Part shown: piece after piece, positions 38,375 through 46,051 of the stretch
Layout of the letters: each line of letters begins with the position of its first letter
Numbering within the stretch: the first letter of the stretch is position 1
Assembly: GCA_001788955.1 (NCBI GenBank)
Contig: MFXT01000026.1
Coordinates: 53,877 to 117,876, forward strand
From: Candidatus Peribacteria bacterium RIFCSPHIGHO2_02_FULL_49_16
Lineage (GTDB): Bacteria > Patescibacteriota > Gracilibacteria > Peribacterales > Peribacteraceae
Direction of reading: 5' to 3'
Length of the DNA: 64,000 nt
The notes under the pieces: model-generated
The model's input: only the letters and a program-made list of their open reading frames with translations
Told to the model about the DNA's origin: nothing
Database searches by the model: none
Program-made: the position numbers and the translations under genes

Positions 38375-39067
38375 TCAAGACTTCAAGGTGTCGGACTTCC
38401 GGGCGGCCCCGAGGAAGACGTAGCCGTCCGGGCCGTCATCCCAGTAGCGGTCGACGAGCACGCGACCCTCGTAGACGTTGAGTGCGGCGTGGTTGCCATC
38501 CGGGAGCGCTTCAGCGCAACGGCAGAAGTTCCCCTTGAGGAGGTCTTCGCCGGTGACGCCGAGATGCGCTGCCAGCGCGGTCGCGCCGACGGGCGTGGGC
38601 AGGGCCTGAAATGCGGCGTACAGCCGGGCGAGGAGACTCTGCTTTTCATCTCCCGCCTGCTCGTCCCACGTCAGCCGGTTGGATGCCGGCACGGGGATGC
38701 GGGTGTGGTAGTAGCCCGCCGGAGCCTTCCAGGCTTCCCGTTCCTTGGAGAGATAGTTGACGACCTTGCCGGTCGCCACCAACTCTCCGAGTGTCCAGCA
38801 GCCGTACCATACGACGACCTCGCCGTCGGCAGCCTTGGGTGTCTCCTCCTTGCAGTTGTTGGGGAGGCCCAAGATACCGCAGACGGTCTTGGCGTCGTGG
38901 ACGAACGACGAGAGGCGGACGGGCCACACGGACACGAGACGTTGCATCGTGGTGGGGTCGGCATCGCACATGGCGAGCCACCGCTCCACGTCGATTCCGG
39001 CATCCGACAACTTGTTGATGCCGAGATCGAGCTTCTTCTTCTCCAGTCGCTTGAGACTGATACCCAT
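38375..39067 (-). CDS. GC-rich hypothetical protein with a C-terminus resembling a DGR variable region (CLec-like)
   Basis: 230 aa from ATG 39067, strongly GC3-biased, ends ...LNVYEGRVLVDRYWDDGPDGYVFLGAARKS. Has its own promoter and terminator. Confidence 0.75.
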   Translation of the reverse strand: MGISLKRLEKKKLDLGINKLSDAGIDVERWLAMCDADPTTMQRLVSVWPVRLSSFVHDAKTVCGILGLPNNCKEETPKAADGEVVVWYGCWTLGELVATGKVVNYLSKEREAWKAPAGYYHTRIPVPASNRLTWDEQAGDEKQSLLARLYAAFQALPTPVGATALAAHLGVTGEDLLKGNFCRCAEALPDGNHAALNVYEGRVLVDRYWDDGPDGYVFLGAARKSDTLKS

Positions 39068-39222
39068 GAGACAACTCCTTTCGGGAGCTTGAGGAAACCA
39101 GTATTGCCGCTGGCTCGGACCTGCTCGGAATGAGACAAGCAGCCTATGCCCTCTAAAAGGGCGCAGAATGCTTGTCTCTGATCCAAAAACCTTGACGATG
39201 CTCTGAAAGAACACCTTGGTGT

Positions 39223-39251
39223 AATTTATAACTAAAGGAGGTTTCTGTCAA
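39223..39251 (-). promoter_or_regulatory. Sigma70-type promoter TTGACA-17nt-TAAATT
   Basis: Perfect -35 and a TAnnnT -10 at 17-nt spacing, about 150 nt upstream of ATG 39067. Confidence 0.65.
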
Positions 39252-39348
39252 TGGAGCAAAGACAGCGAACATGGCTCAACGACACGGGTAAAATGCAACA
39301 ATGCAGGTACACCGACACCTCTTCGAGCGCATTTGGCTTGCCAACAAA

Positions 39349-39480
39349 CCTTCGCACTCCCCACTTCGTTCTCCGAGCTACGAGGGGCAGGTCGTGACTT
39401 CGGTCTGCAAGCCGTCAGCCAGGAGGGCTTGATTGAAAAGTCCACCTCCGCTCGCTCTGGCGAGGCTATGGTGGACAACC
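39349..39480. repeat. Cluster of short palindromic REP/MITE-like elements (cttcg...gcta(c/t)g type)
   Basis: tccacctccg-ctcgc/gcgag-gctatggtggacaa at 39441-39478 resembles the insert at 37637-37676. A related nested unit lies at 39349-39413. Confidence 0.65.
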
Positions 39481-39488
39481 TGAGAGGT

Positions 39489-39564
39489 TGGTGGGTCGGG
39501 AGGGGCTCGAACCCTCGACCAATGCCTTAAAAGGGCACTGCTCTACCAACTGAGCTACCGACCC
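39489..39564 (-). tRNA. tRNA-Lys(TTT)
   Basis: Reverse complement GGGTCGGTAGCTCAGTTGGTAGAGC...CT-TTT-AA...GGTTCGAGCCC...ACCCACCA. Confidence 0.96.
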
Positions 39565-39645
39565 ATGTACAAACGTTCTGTGAAGCAATGAAAGAACAAC
39601 CGAGCATCATCCTTTTGTATAACGGCTTTGCAGGCAAAGCCTGGG

Positions 39646-39665
39646 CAACTGAGCTACCGACCCAT
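39646..39665 (-). repeat. 20-bp duplicate of the tRNA-Lys 5' end
   Basis: caactgagctaccgacccat is identical at 39547-39566 and 39646-39665. Confidence 0.9.
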
Positions 39666-39727
39666 ATAACCTGTACTATAAGCACTTCGGCTAGTAGGGA
39701 ACAGAGCTTTTGCTAATCTATCGATGA

Positions 39728-40552
39728 ATGATCGATTCCCACTGCCATCTTGCAGACAAACAGTTTTTACATGATCTCGAGGAGATCATTATACACGCGC
39801 GTGATGCGGGCGTTGATCACATAATCACGATTGCCGATACGCTGGAGGAAGGAGAGAGGTGCATCGAGATTGCCATGAAGTATTCTTCGAGACTTCATGA
39901 TGCCACCAAAAAATATCCGAATATTTTTGCAACCGTTGGTGTTCATCCGCATAACGCCACGCAATGGCGAATGACCAATGGTCAAGCTCCAACCATCAAG
40001 CTTCGATCACTTCTTGAATCTTCCACAAAAGTAGTTGCTGTCGGAGAAATCGGGTTGGACTACCATTATATGAATTCACCAAAGGTGATTCAGCAAAATG
40101 CGTTCAAAGAACAATTACAACTCGCAAAAGAACTTGGCCTTCCTGCAGTCATTCACTCCCGTGAAGCGCTTGAAGACACGTGGAATATCATTCGGGAAAC
40201 ATGTCCAGAAAAATGCGTTCTTCATTGCTGTACGGAACAGTGGAAAAACGTGAAAAGATTTATTGATGCAGGATATTTCCTCTCATTCACCGGCATCGCC
40301 ACCTATCCAAAGTCCGACGAGATCCGCCACACTATCCGCGAATGTCCACTCAATCAGATAATGATCGAGACGGATGCTCCGTATCTGCCCCCCGAAGCTC
40401 TCCGAGTACAGAAAGGTACACGGGTGCGCAATGAACCCGCAAACGTCCTCGAAATCGCGAAATGTATCGCGGAAACGAAAGGAATTTCTCTGGAGGAAGT
40501 GGATCGAATAACGACACGCAATGCGATAAAGTTCTTTACACTGCCCTCGTAG
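39728..40552 (+). CDS. tatD: TatD-family DNase
   Basis: IDSHCHL, GVHPH, AVGEIGLDYHY, IHSREA, LHCC, ETDAPYL, RNEPA. Confidence 0.93.
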   Translation: MIDSHCHLADKQFLHDLEEIIIHARDAGVDHIITIADTLEEGERCIEIAMKYSSRLHDATKKYPNIFATVGVHPHNATQWRMTNGQAPTIKLRSLLESSTKVVAVGEIGLDYHYMNSPKVIQQNAFKEQLQLAKELGLPAVIHSREALEDTWNIIRETCPEKCVLHCCTEQWKNVKRFIDAGYFLSFTGIATYPKSDEIRHTIRECPLNQIMIETDAPYLPPEALRVQKGTRVRNEPANVLEIAKCIAETKGISLEEVDRITTRNAIKFFTLPS

Positions 40553-40617
40553 GTTAACGGATAGACCGCCAGCCTCCGAAGCTGGAGATATAGGTTCGAT
40601 TCCTGTCGAGGGCACCA
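40543..40617 (+). tRNA. tRNA-Arg(CCG)
   Basis: GCCCTCGTAGGTTAACGGATAGACC...CT-CCG-AA...GGTTCGATTCC...GGGCACCA. Overlaps the tatD stop codon. Confidence 0.93.
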
Positions 40618-40806
40618 CTACGACTCTACAATCCCCGATTCGCCGGGGAATATGCGATAGACGTACCCATCTCGTATGTCCCTGCGACATCTTTCGAGAG
40701 CACGATTAATGGGAAGGTTGCGCGTGAACTCATCTTGCGAAGATACAAGCGCTTCTCCAAATGCTTGCATATGTTGAGGTATATAGACCTCCTGTGATTC
40801 AGGCAT
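40618..40806 (-). CDS. Possible small hypothetical protein (62 aa)
   Basis: ATG preceded by a pyrimidine tract, as in native genes here; no recognisable family. Confidence 0.35.
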   Translation of the reverse strand: MPESQEVYIPQHMQAFGEALVSSQDEFTRNLPINRALERCRRDIRDGYVYRIFPGESGIVES

Positions 40807-41070
40807 AGAAAGAAAGAAAGAAAAACACGAAAAGGTACAGTCAGTATTCCACAAGGATCTCTTGACGCGACCTTCAGAGAAAGTGAAGAAGTATGATAGA
40901 TATTTTATATCTACCACAAGCCAAAAAATCGAATTGCATGATGTGAGAAGAACAGAAGTGAACGTATAATGAACGTGTATCGAAAAACATAAAAATCTCT
41001 TCTCGCAATATTTAATGAACAAAAATTGTTTACAATGAAACACATATTTATTTCTTCCCTTACTATCAGT

Positions 41071-41292
41071 ATGTGCGGTAATTCGCCAATCGGCAAAGTC
41101 GCCGGCGTCCTTATGCTCGTAGGAGGCCTAAACTGGGGCCTCGTGGGCCTCGGAGGCTATATGGGCCAGAACTGGAATGTCGTGAATATGATTCTCGGCA
41201 ACTGGCCACAGGTGGAATGGCTCGTCTACCTCCTTGTGGGGTTGAGTGCCGTCTACATGCTCATCAATTGTTCAAAGTGCTGCAAAAGATAG
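41071..41292 (+). CDS. DUF378 domain membrane protein
   Basis: VGGLNWGLVG...WNVV..I.G...LVYLLVGLSA motif. Confidence 0.88.
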   Translation: MCGNSPIGKVAGVLMLVGGLNWGLVGLGGYMGQNWNVVNMILGNWPQVEWLVYLLVGLSAVYMLINCSKCCKR

Positions 41293-41316
41293 CAATCTGA
41301 CGTTCAGATCGCTCTA

Positions 41317-41346
41317 CAAAAGGCCGATCATTCCATCGGCCTTTTG
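41317..41346 (+). terminator. Rho-independent terminator
   Basis: caaaaggccgat/atcggccttttg perfect inverted repeat downstream of the DUF378 gene. Confidence 0.75.
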
Positions 41347-41361
41347 CGTATACTCCCTGGC

Positions 41362-42462
41362 ATGCGTATCGCTCTTGTTCATGAGCTCCTCACGATGAAA
41401 GGCGGTGCCGAGCGAGTTCTGCGCGTTCTTGCCGCCATGTTCCCCGATGCCCCGATCTATACGCTTCTTTATGATGAAAAGAAGCTTGGAAATTGGTTTC
41501 CCAAGGAGCGTATGGCTCAACTTCCTACAACGTATCGCAATAATCACCACCTCCATCTTTCCCGTTTCCCCACTGCAGTTGAAACGTGGAATTTCTCCGA
41601 ATTCGATTTCGTCATTTCCTCCTCCTCCGCATTCGTCCATGGAATCATCACCAATAGCCAACCAAAGCATTTGTGTTATGTACATTCGCCCGCACGATAC
41701 TTATGGGATCGAACGCATGATATTCTGGAACGCAGTCATACGGGACTCTTCGGTTCGCTCAAACATGCCTATGCTTCACGCCTCTTTCATAGACTTCGCA
41801 CATGGGACAGCGAAGTTGCAGACCGACCGGACAAACTTCTTGCCGCCTCCAAAGAAGTTCAGAAGCGTATAGAGAAATATTGGAGACGAGAAAGCTCCGT
41901 CGTCTATCCGCCCATCGACGATTTTTGGTTTAACAGACCCACAACGTATCTGCCTACAATCTCTTCATACTTCCTCATCGTCTCATCACTTGTTCCCTAC
42001 AAACGTATTGAGCTTGCCATCGAAGCCTGTAATCAATTGCAGTTCCCATTGAAAATTGCCGGCAGCGGCTCACATCGCACATACCTCGAAAAAATTGCGG
42101 GGCAGACAGTAGAGTTTCTTGGGTTTCAAACCGATGAAAAACTTCGTGAACTGTATACGCATGCAACTGCAACACTCTTTCCCGGCGAAGAAGACTTCGG
42201 CCTCGTTCCGCTCGAATCCATGGCCTGTGGAACACCGGTCATTGCATACAAAAGCGGTGGCGCATTAGAAACAATCATCAACGGACAAACCGGAATATTC
42301 TTCGAAGAGCCCACATCAGAATCTCTTGCCGAAACACTGCAAACATTCACTCCTCTTTCCTTTGATCCGAAAACCTGTTGTGAACAGGCCGAACAATTCT
42401 CACGCAAACGATTTGAAGAAAAAATCACACAGACTATCGATGCATTTTTCGTAACAGGCTAA
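41362..42462 (+). CDS. Glycosyltransferase family 4
   Basis: ALVHELL...GGAERVL, CYVHSPARYLWD, VVYPP, YKRIELAI, EEDFGLVPLESMACGTPVIA. Confidence 0.92.
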   Translation: MRIALVHELLTMKGGAERVLRVLAAMFPDAPIYTLLYDEKKLGNWFPKERMAQLPTTYRNNHHLHLSRFPTAVETWNFSEFDFVISSSSAFVHGIITNSQPKHLCYVHSPARYLWDRTHDILERSHTGLFGSLKHAYASRLFHRLRTWDSEVADRPDKLLAASKEVQKRIEKYWRRESSVVYPPIDDFWFNRPTTYLPTISSYFLIVSSLVPYKRIELAIEACNQLQFPLKIAGSGSHRTYLEKIAGQTVEFLGFQTDEKLRELYTHATATLFPGEEDFGLVPLESMACGTPVIAYKSGGALETIINGQTGIFFEEPTSESLAETLQTFTPLSFDPKTCCEQAEQFSRKRFEEKITQTIDAFFVTG

Positions 42463-43514
42463 GAGCCTACCATTCCAATTTTCTCATACGCTTTTCTCGT
42501 TGCAATGCGTCCCTTTGGTGTACGTTGGATGAAGCCTTGTTGAATCAGATACGGCTCATATACATCCTCAATTGTTCCCTGCTCTTCGGCCAGTATCGCT
42601 GCAAGCGTTGAGAGTCCAACAGGATTCCCGTTAAAATCGGTCACAAGCACGCGCAGCAGGGCACGATCGGTAGCATCTAATCCTTCATCATCAATCTCCA
42701 GTGACTGGAGTGCATCTTTCACACACGATATCGTTACGACATCTTGTTTTTGTACTAACGCAAAATCACGGACGGCACGCACAAGACGATTGGCAATGCG
42801 CGGCGTGGCTCGACTCGCCTGTGCAAGAAGATGCGTGGCTTGATTCTCAATCCGCACCTCCAGAATGCGTGCAGAGCGATTGATGATCTGCCGCACTTCG
42901 GGGAGTTCATAAAATCCCAATTTAAAATGATGGAGGAATCGATCACGAAGCGGTGCGGACATCGCCCCGGCCTTCGTCGTCGCACCAACGAGAGTGAATG
43001 GCTGTAATTGCAAACGGACCGGACGCGCACTCGGCCCTTTGCCAATCATAATATCGAGAACGCTGTCCTCCATCGCTCCATAGAGCACCTCCTCCAGATG
43101 TGGTCGCAGACGATGTATTTCATCTACAAAAAGAACATCTCCTTTCTGCAAACTCGTGAGGAGCGATGCGAGATCTCCCGGTTTCTCGATGACGGGTCCG
43201 CTCGTGATGCGAATCTGCGCGCGCATTTCCTGTGCAATAATATAAGCAAGCGTTGTCTTCCCAAGACCAGGAGGACCATGAAGCAAAGTATGACCCAAAG
43301 GTTCTTTGCGTGTACATGCAGCTTGAATATGCACCATAAGATGTCGCTTGAGGCGCGTCTGTCCGATGTATTCATGCAAGGATGTCGGTCGCAAGCTATT
43401 TTCCGCATTTTCATAATCCAGAGGTGCTTGCTTCGCATCCGTAAGTTCGGCTTGCCGCTTTGCGCGTTGAACTGCCACGGAGCTATGGTACTGTCTTTCC
43501 TTAAAAAGACGCAA
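42459..43514 (-). CDS. ruvB: Holliday junction branch migration helicase RuvB
   Basis: SLRP...YIGQ, GPPGLGKTTLA, FVDEIHRL, FTLVGATT, PLRDRF, TPRIANRL, EPYL...RTPKGR. Exact start uncertain. Confidence 0.95.
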   Translation of the reverse strand: MRLFKERQYHSSVAVQRAKRQAELTDAKQAPLDYENAENSLRPTSLHEYIGQTRLKRHLMVHIQAACTRKEPLGHTLLHGPPGLGKTTLAYIIAQEMRAQIRITSGPVIEKPGDLASLLTSLQKGDVLFVDEIHRLRPHLEEVLYGAMEDSVLDIMIGKGPSARPVRLQLQPFTLVGATTKAGAMSAPLRDRFLHHFKLGFYELPEVRQIINRSARILEVRIENQATHLLAQASRATPRIANRLVRAVRDFALVQKQDVVTISCVKDALQSLEIDDEGLDATDRALLRVLVTDFNGNPVGLSTLAAILAEEQGTIEDVYEPYLIQQGFIQRTPKGRIATRKAYEKIGMVGS

Positions 43515-43553
43515 AGTATCCGTAGACAGTATGCGCTACACTGCACTCGAAAG

Positions 43554-44108
43554 ATGTCACGCTATAGTCGTACCCTTCTCACCGGCATCATTCTCACAAG
43601 CCTCATCGGTGCGGCAGCAGCCGATCATCTATTTCAGGGTTCTCTTCTTCTTCAATCGGATTCTTCTTTCGAAAATCTGGAAGAGGCGTCTGTACACATA
43701 CAAAAACTGCTCACACAAAACAATATCGCCTTTCACAGTACGGAGGAGGCACACATGCTTGATCAACTCCTTCCACAAGAAGAAATTCACAAATTCACTC
43801 TTCTTCAAGAGCACGATCGCATCGGTTCAATTTCATTCGTCCGGACAGAAGATGCATTTGATCTCTTTCTTGCACTGAAGCAGACGCTCTCTCTCTCCTT
43901 CTCACCGGATGTACGGAATCTGAAAGATGAACAGAAAACCAGCAACAAAGGCCAATCTCTTCTTCTTCAATTCTATGATCCGGCTTTGAATTCTGAAAGC
44001 ATGATTTTGGGAGCATCGGTAGATTTTCTCTACGAATTTCATAGTGTAGAAGAACATACAGAAACTATGCAGGACCTCATAAAGAACCTTTTAGGGATCC
44101 AAGATTGA
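43554..44108 (+). CDS. Hypothetical exported protein
   Basis: Starts MSRYSRTLLTGIILTSLIGAAAA (signal/TM). The upstream part of the listed ORF is the antisense shadow of ruvB. Confidence 0.65.
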   Translation: MSRYSRTLLTGIILTSLIGAAAADHLFQGSLLLQSDSSFENLEEASVHIQKLLTQNNIAFHSTEEAHMLDQLLPQEEIHKFTLLQEHDRIGSISFVRTEDAFDLFLALKQTLSLSFSPDVRNLKDEQKTSNKGQSLLLQFYDPALNSESMILGASVDFLYEFHSVEEHTETMQDLIKNLLGIQD

Positions 44109-44147
44109 CATTCGGAAGAAAATTCTTAAAAATATCGTCACTCTCTT

Positions 44148-44570
44148 ATGGCAAAACAGATTCAAAAACTTATCAAAGTACAAGTACGCGGAGGGCAGGC
44201 AAACCCAGCTCCTCCACTCGGGCCTGCACTCGGACAGGCCGGTGTTGATATTGGCGGTTTTTGTAATCAATTTAATAATAAGACAAAAGACCGCATGGGT
44301 CAGCTTATTCCCGTCGTTATCACGGTCTACGATGATCGCAGCTTTTCTTTCATTCTCAAGCAACCACCTGCATCCGCTCTCATCAAGGAAAAAGCAAAAC
44401 TCTCCAAAGGAAGTGGCGAACCGAATAAAATCAAAGTAGGCAAACTCACCAAAGCACAAGTGAAGGAAATCGCAGAAATCAAAATGCCTGATCTCAACGC
44501 GGGAAATCTCGCTGCAGCAATAAAAATTATCGAAGGTTCTGCATGCAGTATGGGTGTCACCATCGAATAA
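44148..44570 (+). CDS. rplK: 50S ribosomal protein L11
   Basis: [40 protein letters not shown]. Confidence 0.97.
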   Translation: MAKQIQKLIKVQVRGGQANPAPPLGPALGQAGVDIGGFCNQFNNKTKDRMGQLIPVVITVYDDRSFSFILKQPPASALIKEKAKLSKGSGEPNKIKVGKLTKAQVKEIAEIKMPDLNAGNLAAAIKIIEGSACSMGVTIE

Positions 44571-44652
44571 AGTTCTACGAAACGCAACGTGATTCTCATG
44601 CAAAATGCATGCAATCTGATTAATCTAGAGAACATTCTTTCCTTTTCTACGT

Positions 44653-45309
44653 ATGTTCCAAGAGTTTATCACCGTAATCTGGGGACCCGCCGGTATTGTT
44701 GCTCTTATCTCCAGTCTTCTTCTCCTCTTCGCGCTCTTTGCATTGATATTGATTCCGAGTCTCGCGCGCGACGCTGCAAAGCCACAAGATATCGGTGAAG
44801 CGATGTACTGCTATTTTGCACAGAGCACGGGTATTATTCTTATGAGCGTTGGGGGATTGCCGATCCTGTATTCCGTTCTCACACGTGTTCCTTTAGCCAG
44901 CCTCACATATTCCGCCCTGCTCTTCATTTTTGCGATCGGTGGTCTTGTCTTTCTGTGGCATGATCACATCTCACACCACCTCCCGGAATCTGCGGTATTG
45001 GTCATACGTACTGTCTATCTCTTCGCATGGAAATTTATTGGCTTCATTATTTTTCTCTTCACACTGATCTCATTTGTCCTGCACATTCTCCTCAATGGTA
45101 CGGTAACAACGGACATACTGCTTATCCATCTCATTGTTGCACTCTACGGACTCGTACTCTGGTGGACCACTCGTGAATTTTCTCTTTCCATACCTCCCTT
45201 CTTTCATCATAAAAAGATACGTTTAGCAATGCTGACGCCCTCAAAACCCGAAAAAGCAAAAGCACCCAAGAAGAAGAAAATAAGGAGAAAAAGGAAAAAA
45301 GAAGCCTAG
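44653..45309 (+). CDS. Hypothetical membrane protein (about 5 TM) with a basic tail
   Basis: 218-aa hydrophobic ORF between rplK and rplA; K/R-rich C-terminus. Confidence 0.75.
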   Translation: MFQEFITVIWGPAGIVALISSLLLLFALFALILIPSLARDAAKPQDIGEAMYCYFAQSTGIILMSVGGLPILYSVLTRVPLASLTYSALLFIFAIGGLVFLWHDHISHHLPESAVLVIRTVYLFAWKFIGFIIFLFTLISFVLHILLNGTVTTDILLIHLIVALYGLVLWWTTREFSLSIPPFFHHKKIRLAMLTPSKPEKAKAPKKKKIRRKRKKEA

Positions 45310-45371
45310 TCCTTGCTTTTTTTGGACAAAACCGGAAAAATCGACGCTCGCAACACATTCTCTTTTCTTTT

Positions 45372-46046
45372 ATGACACGAGGAAAAACATACCGTGAAAA
45401 ACGCACGCTGATTGAGAAAGAATCGTATCCTATTTCACAGGCAATGGATCTTTTAACAAAGGTCAGTAGGGTAAAATTTGATGCCACAGCCGAAGCGCAT
45501 ATTCGCATCAAGGCAGATACGACAGAGGCAAATCAACTTGTACGCACAACTGTCAATCTTCCGCACGGCACCGGAAAGACTGTACGTATTGCCGCCTTTG
45601 TTCCGGACGAACTCGCAAAAGACGCAAAAGCAGCGGGAGCAGATATTGTCGGCAATGAAGATCTGATTGCGCAGATAGAAAAAGGGAAAATCGAATTCGA
45701 TGCTGCTGTCGCCGTACCGGCAGTGATGAAAAAGCTTGGAAAAGTCGCCAAAATACTCGGTCAGAAAGGCCTTATGCCCAATCCTAAGGCTGGAACAGTG
45801 ACAGACAACATCACCAAAACCATCGGGGAGCTTAAAAAAGGACGCATAGAATGTAAGATGGATACATTCGGAATCATTCACGTTCCTTTTGGCAAAATCT
45901 CTTTTGGAAAAGAGAAGCTCGAAGAAAACTTCACTACCCTCATGCAAGCTATAACAGATGCCCGTCCTGCCGGCATCAAAGGAATCTATATTTCCTCCGT
46001 CACCGTATGCCCGACAATGGGACCGGGAATCAAGATTCAGATATAA
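45372..46046 (+). CDS. rplA: 50S ribosomal protein L1
   Basis: KFDAT, LPHGTGK, LGQKGLMPNPKAGTVT, HVPFGKISF, TMGPGI. Confidence 0.97.
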   Translation: MTRGKTYREKRTLIEKESYPISQAMDLLTKVSRVKFDATAEAHIRIKADTTEANQLVRTTVNLPHGTGKTVRIAAFVPDELAKDAKAAGADIVGNEDLIAQIEKGKIEFDAAVAVPAVMKKLGKVAKILGQKGLMPNPKAGTVTDNITKTIGELKKGRIECKMDTFGIIHVPFGKISFGKEKLEENFTTLMQAITDARPAGIKGIYISSVTVCPTMGPGIKIQI

Positions 46047-46051
46047 GCTGA

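Noticed and set aside
38216-39133. 305-aa plus-strand ORF and other overlapping ORFs
   Set aside because: Antisense shadows of the GC3-rich minus-strand gene, which has the promoter, start context and terminator.
38057-39488. Complete DGR cassette or integrative element between the tRNAs
   Set aside because: No reverse transcriptase, Avd, AAC-rich template repeat or integrase was found; only a target-like gene is supported.
42459-43514. ruvB without adjacent ruvA/ruvC
   Set aside because: Operon dispersal is general in this window; the partners are probably elsewhere in the genome.
43008-43553. N-terminal half of the listed 366-aa ORF
   Set aside because: It overlaps ruvB on the opposite strand; the plausible protein starts at ATG 43554 with a signal-like segment.
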